Positions 50,625-59,447 of a DNA stretch of 64,000 bases are shown piece by piece. The notes under the pieces were generated by a model that made no database searches, had not been told where the DNA came from, and saw nothing but the letters and a program-made list of their open reading frames with translations. Source of the stretch: an uncultured delta proteobacterium (GTDB lineage: Bacteria > Desulfobacterota > Desulfobacteria > Desulfobacterales > Desulfosalsimonadaceae); assembly GCA_963826785.1 (NCBI GenBank), contig CAWGYD010000005.1:96001-160000 (forward strand), in the 5' to 3' direction. Position 1 is the first letter of the stretch. The number at the start of each line of letters is the position of its first letter. Made by a program: the position numbers and the translations under genes.

Positions 50625-51134
50625 ATGAAGAACAGAAGAAAATGGATTGCCGCAGTGATGATGATCAGTTTGATCATGGCCGCGCCTGCACTGGCCGGAA
50701 AAGGTGCCTGCCCGATGACGCAGCAGCAGTCACAGACGCAGGCAGGGACACAGGTACGGCAATGCACTCAGTCCCAACAGCAATACTGCCAGCAGAACTT
50801 CGGACAGACCTGCCCCCTGATTTCCGAGGGGGAGCCGGTGGTCATCACCGGGACCGTATACGAAGATTCCTATGCGGGCAGCGGGTTGATCCTGGATACC
50901 AATGCCGAGGAAAATACAGTCATCTACGGCATCGGCCCCCAGTGGTACTGGGACCAGGTCGGGGTTTCCAAACCTGCGGTGGGGGAAACCGTCACGGTCG
51001 ATGCCCTGGTCCTCACTTACAGCGACGGCACCCAGAAAATAATTGCCACCACCATCACCATCGGCGAAATTTCAATCGATCTGCGTGATGTGGATGGAAA
51101 ACCCCTGTGGCGGTATGCCGGCCGGCAGCTTTAA
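50625..51134 (+). CDS. Exported Gln-rich protein with putative OB-fold domain
   Basis: Signal peptide (APALA), Gln/Cys-rich linker, GIGPQWYW..GETVTV..LRDVDGKPLW. Confidence 0.8.
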   Translation: MKNRRKWIAAVMMISLIMAAPALAGKGACPMTQQQSQTQAGTQVRQCTQSQQQYCQQNFGQTCPLISEGEPVVITGTVYEDSYAGSGLILDTNAEENTVIYGIGPQWYWDQVGVSKPAVGETVTVDALVLTYSDGTQKIIATTITIGEISIDLRDVDGKPLWRYAGRQL

Positions 51135-51151
51135 AAATCATATTCAAAAAG

Positions 51152-51190
51152 AATGGATGGGGGAAGTTGCGCATCTTCCCCCATCTGTTT
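51152..51190 (+). terminator. Intrinsic terminator
   Basis: GGATGGGGGAAG-TTGCGCAT-CTTCCCCCATCT-GTTTT. Confidence 0.7.
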
Positions 51191-51283
51191 TGGTGATCGG
51201 TTTTGTTGAAAATGGCCGGCGCTTGACGCGGCCACGGTTATGTGAAATAAATATAACAGGAAAACAAACGGTTGAATGTTTAT

Positions 51284-52324
51284 ATGAGAATATTTATCAG
51301 TCGGCATGCCTGTTTCATCGCACTGATTGCCCTGGCGCTGCAGGTCTTGAGCGCCCGGGCAGATGCCTTTGATGTGTCCGCTCAGTTTTCGGGCGGATAT
51401 GACAGCAATGTCATCCAGGCCCGGGATGAAGAAGGTTCGGGCTTCGGGCTGTACGGATTGTCCGTCGGGCACCGCCTCTATGAGAACACGGACGGGCTCT
51501 CCTCCGATCTTTACCTGGAAGGGTCCTATCAGCAGTATTTTGATTTTGACGATAATTACATGGTGAAAGCCGGGGGCGCCACCGACTGGTTTTACACCGA
51601 TTCGCTAAAACCCCAAATTTATTACGAGGGGCTGATTTACCGGGATGATGAGTTTGAAGCAGATGATTTAAATCAGCTCATGCTGGGCGGACGGCTGGAA
51701 TGGCTGGCCCATGCGCGCCTGACCGCCGCCCTGGATCAGGCGGTCTTGTACCTGGATGGTAAAGAAGATCCATTTTATGCGCCCGGGGAGGTCCCATCGA
51801 CACCCGGCGGTCCTTCCGGCCCAGGCCGGCATGGCCAGGGCAGCGGCGGATTCGGCGGCGGCACCGGGGGGATGGGCGGTATGGGCGGATCCGCCGGAAC
51901 CGGCGGAACTGCAGGCGGCGCTATTACAGATGTCTCCGGAAACGCCGTCCTGAGCCGGACCCGGACCGAGCTGACCTTCTTTATTTCGCCCGCTTTGTCC
52001 GCCGGCACCCGGCTGACCTTTCACCGGATGTGGGCATCCGAGGACCGGGACGCCTACCGGGGCGGCGGGGCATCCGTATTTGCGGACTGGACGCCTGTCC
52101 CCAAATACAAGATTTTTGCCGCGTTTGAGTATCTTACGGCCGATTATGTGGATGATCCGGATGAACGCAAAGACAACATCCGGACAGCGGACCTTGGATT
52201 GATCCGCTCCTTTGATTCATTTGACCTTTTCGCAAAAGCCCGCTGGCAGGACATCGATTCCACCCTCTGGGCTGAAACTTACCAACGGACGGTGATCCAA
52301 TGCGGCGTCTCCTGGTACTTCTGA
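51284..52324 (+). CDS. Putative outer-membrane beta-barrel protein with a Gly-rich loop
   Basis: Signal peptide, GGYDSNV start motif, amphipathic strands, C-terminal GVSWYF. Confidence 0.75.
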   Translation: MRIFISRHACFIALIALALQVLSARADAFDVSAQFSGGYDSNVIQARDEEGSGFGLYGLSVGHRLYENTDGLSSDLYLEGSYQQYFDFDDNYMVKAGGATDWFYTDSLKPQIYYEGLIYRDDEFEADDLNQLMLGGRLEWLAHARLTAALDQAVLYLDGKEDPFYAPGEVPSTPGGPSGPGRHGQGSGGFGGGTGGMGGMGGSAGTGGTAGGAITDVSGNAVLSRTRTELTFFISPALSAGTRLTFHRMWASEDRDAYRGGGASVFADWTPVPKYKIFAAFEYLTADYVDDPDERKDNIRTADLGLIRSFDSFDLFAKARWQDIDSTLWAETYQRTVIQCGVSWYF

Positions 52325-52713
52325 TCATTTTTGCCATAACGGTTGCACCGGCCTTTTGCCAGGCCACGGAAGCGCTGCTGGGCAGGATTGTCTCCGTTGA
52401 CCAGGGAAAAAACGAACTTCGGGTCCGGCTCAATCCCGATCCGGAGCAGAGTGAGGACGCAGAGGCCGGCCAGCAGGGGCAGGAAATCACCGTCACTTAT
52501 CCGGAGGGAAGCCTGCCCCCTTCAATGAAGGCCGGGACCGTCATCCGCATCTGGGGGGATTATGCTGCGGGGGATTCCCAAATATTTGAGTCCCGGGCCA
52601 TCCGGCAGGGGTTCTGCCGGGCCGGGGAGGATCCCACCGGCGTGCGTTCGCGCATCGGCCGCTCCCCCGGCAGCGGGCGCATGGGACGTATGCCCGGCCA
52701 TCACGGCAGGTGA
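52300..52713 (+). CDS. Exported hypothetical protein
   Basis: Signal peptide; GRIVSVD..GTVIRIWG; DPTGVRSRI; Gly/Met/His-rich tail. Confidence 0.7.
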   Translation: MRRLLVLLIIFAITVAPAFCQATEALLGRIVSVDQGKNELRVRLNPDPEQSEDAEAGQQGQEITVTYPEGSLPPSMKAGTVIRIWGDYAAGDSQIFESRAIRQGFCRAGEDPTGVRSRIGRSPGSGRMGRMPGHHGR

Positions 52714-54329
52714 AGCGTATGCTGAACCGCCGCCAGTCGGAAACTCTAAAGCCCCAAGACCCGCCGGTCCCCTCTTTTTTCCGGCTGGCCCCCACCTGGA
52801 AGGGCAATCTGCTGGTATTCGGCCTTTTAATCGCCGTCACCCTGGGCTGGTTCTACTGGCAGGTCCGGTCCGCGCAGCAGACTTTCACCCAGCATGTGAC
52901 GGAGCAGACCCGGCTCCTGGCGTCGGTGATCCGGCTCAATGCGGACAGCGCCAGATTTTCCCTGTCCGTCATCGAAGATGTCATGGAAACCTTTCTGGGC
53001 AATGCGGCCCGGTTTGTCGATTACCTGGATGCGGTGGAGCCGTTTTCATCATCCGAACTGGCCGCGTTTTCACGAGAAATCGGGCTTTCCGGCATCCGCA
53101 TCATCAGCGCCGGATCCCAGGTGACCGAGGGGCCTGCCGGCTGGCTTCCCCGAAATGCGGATTGCGCGCGTGCCTCGACCCTGTCCTATGACCGGAAGGC
53201 GAATACTTATTTCTTGAGCATGCCCCGGGCCGGAGGCGGATGTGTGGTGGTGGGCTTTTCCGCCGAGCACATCCGGGAATTGCAGGAGCAGATCCGGCTG
53301 CCCAACCAGGTTCGCGCCCTGACCGGTCTGCCGGAGATCGAATATGTGCGCATGGATCCCCGGCCCCAGGCGAAATTTTCAGGTTCCGAAGCGCCCGTGG
53401 TGCGCTTTGTGGAAACCCAAAAGGGGAAAACCGCAGAAGCCATACTCCCCATGGGCGCCCAGTTCCTGATCGTCGGGGTGTCCGCAGGCGGATTTTTCGA
53501 CCGGGTGGATCAGCTGTGGCGCCAGTTCTTTATGTTCGCCGCCATGATTGCCGCGGTGGGCGCGTTTTTGTCCTGGATCTGGTACCGCTACCAGATGGGC
53601 TACCTTTCCCAGATCCGCGATTTTGAAAAGCACCTGGCCCGTGAACAGGAGGATGCGGCCCTGGGGCGGGCGTCGGCCACCATCACCCATGAACTGAGAA
53701 ACCCTTTAAACGCCATCAGTATGGGGCTGCAGCGCCTGAATCTGGAAGCCGCCGAGATCTCCGGCGAGCATCGGCAGCTGCTCGCCTCTCTACTGGCATC
53801 GGTGAAGCGGACCAACGACATCATCGCCGATCTGAAGCGCTATGCCGGCCCCATCAAACCCAGGCGGCAGCCGGTCCGCATCAATTCACTGGTTTCCGAA
53901 CTGCTGACCCTCTACCGCAGCGTGTGCCGGGAACAAAACATCGAGGTCAGCTTTAATTCGGATACATCATCTCAGGTAAACGGGGATTACGATCTGCTGG
54001 CGGTGGTGGTTGAAAATCTGATCAAAAATGCCATAGAAGCGCAGCCGTCCGGCGGGGAGCTGTCCGTGCAGATCCGGGAGCGGCATCCCAGGATTGAACT
54101 TTTAATCGAAAACAGTGGATTGCATATATCGGCAGAGCCGCTGCCCATGATTTTCGAACCGTATTTTACCACCAAAACCCGCGGGTCGGGGCTGGGCCTG
54201 GCCACGGTCAAGCGGATTGTCGATGCGCATGGCGGGAGCATCTCCGCAGATTCACCAATCCCGGGCAAACTGCGGATGAGGGTCCTGCTGCCCAAGGTCA
54301 AAAAGATAAACATAAAAGGACTGAGATGA
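52710..54329 (+). CDS. Membrane sensor histidine kinase
   Basis: Two TM segments around a periplasmic domain; ITHELRNPLNAI, NLIKNAIEA, FEPYFTTK..GSGLGL. Confidence 0.93.
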   Translation: MKRMLNRRQSETLKPQDPPVPSFFRLAPTWKGNLLVFGLLIAVTLGWFYWQVRSAQQTFTQHVTEQTRLLASVIRLNADSARFSLSVIEDVMETFLGNAARFVDYLDAVEPFSSSELAAFSREIGLSGIRIISAGSQVTEGPAGWLPRNADCARASTLSYDRKANTYFLSMPRAGGGCVVVGFSAEHIRELQEQIRLPNQVRALTGLPEIEYVRMDPRPQAKFSGSEAPVVRFVETQKGKTAEAILPMGAQFLIVGVSAGGFFDRVDQLWRQFFMFAAMIAAVGAFLSWIWYRYQMGYLSQIRDFEKHLAREQEDAALGRASATITHELRNPLNAISMGLQRLNLEAAEISGEHRQLLASLLASVKRTNDIIADLKRYAGPIKPRRQPVRINSLVSELLTLYRSVCREQNIEVSFNSDTSSQVNGDYDLLAVVVENLIKNAIEAQPSGGELSVQIRERHPRIELLIENSGLHISAEPLPMIFEPYFTTKTRGSGLGLATVKRIVDAHGGSISADSPIPGKLRMRVLLPKVKKINIKGLR

Positions 54330-55663
54330 AGATACTGGTCGTCGATGATGAGCCGCTGCAGTGCGACCTGCTGAAAGGGTTTCTCGAAAAACACGCGTAT
54401 GAAGTCGTCACCGCCCAGACCGGAGTCGATGCCATGCGCCTTTTCCGGGATATGCCGTTTCAAATGGTGCTGCTGGATCACCGGCTGCCCGACGCTGCCG
54501 GCGATGACATCCTGGATCAGATAAAATCCATCAATCCGCTGACCCGGAGCATCATGATCACGGCCTACGGCACAGTGGACACGGCGGTGCGGGTGATGAA
54601 GCTGGGGGCGGACGATTTCCTGGAAAAACCGGTGGACCTGGAAGCGCTTCTGGAAAAGATCCGCCGTATCGAGCAGATGGTGGAAGTGGAGGCGGAGGCG
54701 GGCAAGGTGGCTGACGAACTGGCCGGCGCCCCCCTGCCGGTCCGGATCATCGGGGAGAGCGCCGAGATGAAAAACGTGCTCTCCCTGGCCCGGCGGATCG
54801 CTCCCACTCCCTGGGCCGTGCTCATCCGGGGCGAGACCGGTACCGGCAAGGAACTGATCGCCCACCTGATCCACCTGCTCAGCCCGAGAAAAGACCAGCC
54901 CTTCGTGGAGGTCAACTGCGCCGCCATTCCGGAAAACCTGTTCGAGTCCGAGCTGTTCGGGCACGAAAAAGGGGCGTTTACCGGCGCCCACGCGGCCCGG
55001 CGGGGCCGGTTCGAATTGGCCGACGCAGGCACCCTGTTCCTGGACGAAATCGGGGAACTCCCCCAGCATCTCCAGGCCAAGCTGCTGCGGGTGTTGCAGG
55101 AGAACAAGATTTTCCGGGTGGGGAGTGAAAACCCCATCCAGGTGGACGTCCGGGTGATCACCGCCACCAACCGGGACTTAAAGCAACTGGTGGAGGTGGG
55201 CGGGTTCCGGGAGGACCTGTTCTACCGCCTCAAGGTCCTGGAAATCGAGATTCCGCCTCTGCGACGGCGCAAGCAGGACATTCCCGTGCTGACCGATCAT
55301 TTCATGGACCGGTACGGCTCCGGCGCCCACCGGATGGAAGCGGATGCGATGGCCACCCTGGTCAAATATGATTTTCCCGGCAATGTCCGTGAACTCGAGC
55401 ATATCATACAGCGAACCGTGACCCTTGGCCGAACGAGCCTGATCTCTGTACGCGATCTGCCCGAAGAAATCCGCTACTGTCAGGCGCCGGATTCAAAAAC
55501 GCTTTCCATCCGTCTGGAGGCCGTGGAGAGGGAGATGATCCGCACCGCCCTGGAAAAACAGGAGTGGAATCAATCCCGGGCGGCCGAGTCCCTCGGCATC
55601 AGCGAAAGGGTGCTGCGTTATAAGATGAAAAAGAACGGGATCATCAATCCGAAATACAGGTGA
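54326..55663 (+). CDS. NtrC-type sigma54-dependent response regulator
   Basis: REC domain (VVDDE, LLD), [26 protein letters not shown]. Confidence 0.95.
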   Translation: MKILVVDDEPLQCDLLKGFLEKHAYEVVTAQTGVDAMRLFRDMPFQMVLLDHRLPDAAGDDILDQIKSINPLTRSIMITAYGTVDTAVRVMKLGADDFLEKPVDLEALLEKIRRIEQMVEVEAEAGKVADELAGAPLPVRIIGESAEMKNVLSLARRIAPTPWAVLIRGETGTGKELIAHLIHLLSPRKDQPFVEVNCAAIPENLFESELFGHEKGAFTGAHAARRGRFELADAGTLFLDEIGELPQHLQAKLLRVLQENKIFRVGSENPIQVDVRVITATNRDLKQLVEVGGFREDLFYRLKVLEIEIPPLRRRKQDIPVLTDHFMDRYGSGAHRMEADAMATLVKYDFPGNVRELEHIIQRTVTLGRTSLISVRDLPEEIRYCQAPDSKTLSIRLEAVEREMIRTALEKQEWNQSRAAESLGISERVLRYKMKKNGIINPKYR

Positions 55664-56904
55664 ACACGATGAATAAACACGATATCGGCTTTGAGCACGC
55701 CCTTGGCCTGGCCATGGAAAATGTCTCTCCCCTCGGCACCGAAACCGTTGCCATACCCCGTGCCGTGGGCCGACATCTGGCCGAAAGGGCCGTCTCCCTC
55801 GTGGATTCCCCCTCCGTGGACGCCTCTTTAAAGGACGGCTTTGCCGTTGTTTCCGCAGATATTGCCGGCGCATCTCTTGAACATCGGGTTCAACTTGAAA
55901 TCGTCGGTGAATCGGCCGCCGGCGATCATTGGCCGCCTTCTGTCCGCACCGGTCAGGCGGTGCGCATTCTGAGCGGCGCCCCCATTCCGGAAGGTGCGGA
56001 TGCGGTGCTTGCAGAAGAATATACCAGACGGTCCGGTTCGCATCTTCTGGCGTTTGCAGACGCTCGGCCCGGACGCAATATTCTGCCCATGGGAACGGAT
56101 GTACGGTGCGGCGAAATCATCGGCGAAACCGGGCAGATGGTCACCCCGCAGCTGCTGGGTCTGCTGGTGGCGGGCGGCATTTCCGGAATTCTGGCATACA
56201 AACGCCCGAAAATCGGACTTCTGGCCACCGGCAACGAGATCCTGCTGCCGGGACAGCCCATCGAACCGGGCAAGGTGTATGCGAGCAATGCCGCGCTTCA
56301 GATGGCCTGGCTGTCGTCCGTGGGGATGGAAACCGCGGTGGCGGTATCCGGCGATTCCGCCGATCGTCTCGAAGCATGCATCAAGCGGCTGCATGAGACA
56401 TGCGATGTGGTGATCACATCCGGCGGGGCCTGGAAAGGGGACCGGGACCTGGTGGCGGGCGTACTCGATTCCATGGGCTGGACTCTGTTGTTTCACCGGA
56501 TCCGCATGGGGCCGGGAAAGGCGCTGGGCATGGGCATTTTAGACACCAAACCGGTGTTCTGCCTCCCCGGCGGTCCGGCATCCAATGAAGCGGCCTTTCT
56601 CCATGTCGTCTTTCCGGCGATTTTAAAGATCGCCGGCGCCCGGACCTGCCCTTACCTGTACCTGGAAGGCTACCTGGCGGAAGACGTCACCGGCCAGGTG
56701 GATTGGACCCAGTTTGTTCAATGTGAAATCATCCAGACCGCGCCGGAAATTCGCTTGAAACCCAAGAAGATGAAAAGCCGGATGGCCGCCATGATGAAAA
56801 CCCCGGCCGTAATCAAGATCCCCGAAGGGGTGGACCGGATCACCGCCGGCACCCGGGTGCCGTTTCTGTGCATCAACCCGTTCCGTTTCAGCTATCCTAT
56901 TTGA
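55660..56904 (+). CDS. moeA: Molybdopterin molybdotransferase MoeA
   Basis: SLKDGFAV, ILSGAPIPEGADAV, ATGNEI, ITSGG, MGPGK, LPGGP. Confidence 0.88.
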   Translation: MNTMNKHDIGFEHALGLAMENVSPLGTETVAIPRAVGRHLAERAVSLVDSPSVDASLKDGFAVVSADIAGASLEHRVQLEIVGESAAGDHWPPSVRTGQAVRILSGAPIPEGADAVLAEEYTRRSGSHLLAFADARPGRNILPMGTDVRCGEIIGETGQMVTPQLLGLLVAGGISGILAYKRPKIGLLATGNEILLPGQPIEPGKVYASNAALQMAWLSSVGMETAVAVSGDSADRLEACIKRLHETCDVVITSGGAWKGDRDLVAGVLDSMGWTLLFHRIRMGPGKALGMGILDTKPVFCLPGGPASNEAAFLHVVFPAILKIAGARTCPYLYLEGYLAEDVTGQVDWTQFVQCEIIQTAPEIRLKPKKMKSRMAAMMKTPAVIKIPEGVDRITAGTRVPFLCINPFRFSYPI

Positions 56905-56915
56905 AGCATTTTTTT

Positions 56916-57359
56916 TCAGCCTCGATGTGCCCGGGCTTCGGATTCGGTCTTGATGGCCTGGAGGAGCCGAATGGTCAACTGATGCAGCCTGCCGGTTACA
57001 CCGGCCAATCGGGCCGGCAGGAGCAGGATTCCGTTGAAGACTTCCGTGCTTTTCACGGTGACCATGGTTTTTCGCTGGTTGAATTCAAAGGTGTGCCTTG
57101 CGGAAATCCCCCACTTGGAACCGGTCCAGATCACTTTTTTGCCCGGGTTGCAGGTTTCGACCACCGGCGCGATGCGGATGGGGAAAAAGATCGGGTTCAG
57201 CTCAAAGGAAATGCAGCTTCCCCGGGTAAACGTTCTGCCCTGCTCAAAACGGCATTCCCGGCAGACCGGATTCCATTCCCGCCACTGGCCGATGTCCGAA
57301 AACACCTCCCAGACAACCGAAAGAGGGGCGTTGATGCGGATTTTTTCAGTGATGATCAT
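56916..57359 (-). CDS. SRPBCC/polyketide-cyclase-like protein
   Basis: INAPLSVVWEVFSDIGQWREWNP; the start overlaps the upstream stop (ATGA). Confidence 0.82.
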   Translation of the reverse strand: MIITEKIRINAPLSVVWEVFSDIGQWREWNPVCRECRFEQGRTFTRGSCISFELNPIFFPIRIAPVVETCNPGKKVIWTGSKWGISARHTFEFNQRKTMVTVKSTEVFNGILLLPARLAGVTGRLHQLTIRLLQAIKTESEARAHRG

Positions 57360-58369
57360 TTTTCGCTTTCCCTGGGGGATAAAAAACACGATTGCCGGGA
57401 CAGGATGCCCGGGCCGCTGGTCTCTTCGGAAAGGGCGGTGCAGATGGCCTGTTCCATGGATATCAGGTCCACGGGGACCAGTTCCCGGATGCGGTCGTTT
57501 CTGCAGATGGCCTCGTTTTTCAATCCCTCGGCCAGGGGGAGGACGACCCCTGCGGGGACCGGTGTGATCAGGGTGATCCAATAGGCGGAAATCCTGGGGC
57601 TGAACATGGGAACGGGAATGATCGTCCTTCGGATACCGCGCACCCGGGCATACAATCCGATCAGGTCCGCGTAGCTCAAGATATCCGGCCCGCCGATATC
57701 GAAAGACCCTCCGGCGGTTTCAGGCACTTGGGCACATCCCGCCAGGTAATCGAGGACGTTTTGTATGGCAATGGGCTGGGACCGGGTGTAGATCCATCGG
57801 GGGCAGAGCATCACCGGCAGCCGCTCCGTCAAGTAGCGGATGATTTCAAATCCGGCGCCCCCGGCGCCGATGATCACTGCGGCCCGAAGCACCGTGGTTT
57901 TCGGCGTTGCCGATTGAAGGATGTGCCCCACTTCCTGGCGGCTGGCCAGATGACTGGAAAGGTCATCCGCCATTTCGCCCAGGCCGCCGAGATAGATGAT
58001 TCGGGATACCCCGGCGCTCTGGGCGGCACGGATGAAATTTTCAGCCGCATGGCGGTCCCGGGTTTCAAACTCCCGGGTTTCCCGGATGCTGCGGCCCCCC
58101 ATGGAATGGACCAGGTAAAAGGCGGTGTCGATGCCTTCGACTGCCGGGGAAAGACTTTCGGGTTTTAACAGATCGCCGTGGACGATCTCCGGTTTATTGG
58201 CCAGCTGCACCGGCAGGTCCAGTTTCTCCGGGGGGCGGACCAGGCAGCGCGCCGCACATCCCATGCGGTCAAGATGCAGCAGCAGACGTTTGCCGATAAA
58301 TCCGGTGGCGCCGGCAATGAGCAGCCGCGACTGGTGAAACGGTTTTTCAAAAGTCAGTTGATCGACCAT
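57356..58369 (-). CDS. NAD(P)-binding atypical SDR (YbjT-like)
   Basis: IAGATGFIG, YLVHSM, YLGGLG, HLASRQEVG, LRAAVIIG. Confidence 0.88.
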   Translation of the reverse strand: MVDQLTFEKPFHQSRLLIAGATGFIGKRLLLHLDRMGCAARCLVRPPEKLDLPVQLANKPEIVHGDLLKPESLSPAVEGIDTAFYLVHSMGGRSIRETREFETRDRHAAENFIRAAQSAGVSRIIYLGGLGEMADDLSSHLASRQEVGHILQSATPKTTVLRAAVIIGAGGAGFEIIRYLTERLPVMLCPRWIYTRSQPIAIQNVLDYLAGCAQVPETAGGSFDIGGPDILSYADLIGLYARVRGIRRTIIPVPMFSPRISAYWITLITPVPAGVVLPLAEGLKNEAICRNDRIRELVPVDLISMEQAICTALSEETSGPGILSRQSCFLSPRESEK

Positions 58370-58485
58370 ACTCCCGCATTGAATTTGGGGCCATCAGCGC
58401 TTAAGATAATACATTCATTTTCAAATAATCTAAAATAATATATATATTCTTTTGAGATGGCACACAATCATTTGGGAGAAACAAG

Positions 58486-59436
58486 ATGGAGAACCGGATC
58501 AAACTGGGGATCAGTTCTTGCCTGCTGGGCGAAAATGTCCGCTGGAACGGCGGGCACAAGCTCGACCACTTTTTGCGCGACACCCTGGGGCAGTACATCG
58601 AATATGTGCCGGTCTGCCCCGAAGTGGAATGCGGGCTGCCCACCCCGCGGGAGACCATGCGGCTGGTGGGCGACGCCGAAAACCCGCGCCTGGTGACCTC
58701 CCGCTCGGGCATCGATCACACGCAGCGGATGGCCGAGTGGGCGGCAAGGCGGGTCCGGGACCTGGAAAAAGAAGATCTGTGTGGTTTTATTTTCAAGGCC
58801 AATTCCCCCAGCAGCGGGCTTTTACGGGTCAAGGTATACGGCCCCAAGGGGCTGCCGGAAAAAAAAGGGATCGGGATGTTTGCCCGGGCCTTTACCGGGC
58901 ATTTCCCTTTGATTCCGGTGGAGGAGGAAGGCCGGCTGCATGATCCGATGCTTCGTGAAAATTTCATCGAACAGATTTTTGTCTTCAAGCAGTGGCGGGA
59001 ACTGGCGGCTCGAAAATGGCGGCCGGCCGACATCATCGATTTTCATACCCGCAATAAGCTGCTTATCATGGCCCACAGCCAGCAGATCGCCCGGGATATG
59101 GGCAAACTGGTGGCAGGCGTCAAACACATCGATCCCGAGACATTCTACCGGCAGTATGAATCGTCTCTCATGGCGGCGCTTCGCCTGAAAGCAACGGTTC
59201 CAAAAAACATGAATGTCCTGCAGCACATGATGGGATATTTCAGAGATCAGCTGAGCAAAGACGAGAAGCAGGAACTTCTGGAGATATTTGATCAGTATCG
59301 GCGGGGTTACGTGCCGCTGATCGTTCCGCTCACGCTGATCAATCATTATGTGCGCAAATACGATCAGGCCTACCTGCGCAGTCAGGCGTATTTGAATCCG
59401 CACCCCGTTGAACTTAAAATCCGCACCTACATGTAG
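58486..59436 (+). CDS. YbgA-family protein (DUF523 + DUF1722)
   Basis: GISSCLLGENVRWNGGHK, VCPEVECGLPTPRE, EEEGRL, HMMGYF, YLNPHP. Confidence 0.88.
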   Translation: MENRIKLGISSCLLGENVRWNGGHKLDHFLRDTLGQYIEYVPVCPEVECGLPTPRETMRLVGDAENPRLVTSRSGIDHTQRMAEWAARRVRDLEKEDLCGFIFKANSPSSGLLRVKVYGPKGLPEKKGIGMFARAFTGHFPLIPVEEEGRLHDPMLRENFIEQIFVFKQWRELAARKWRPADIIDFHTRNKLLIMAHSQQIARDMGKLVAGVKHIDPETFYRQYESSLMAALRLKATVPKNMNVLQHMMGYFRDQLSKDEKQELLEIFDQYRRGYVPLIVPLTLINHYVRKYDQAYLRSQAYLNPHPVELKIRTYM

Positions 59437-59447
59437 AGCGTTTCTGA

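Noticed and set aside
50625..51134. Resemblance of the GPxWY..LRD..G..LW domain to magnetosome MamS/MamX N-terminal regions
   Set aside because: No magnetochrome CxxCH motifs and no other mam genes nearby; the similarity is from memory only
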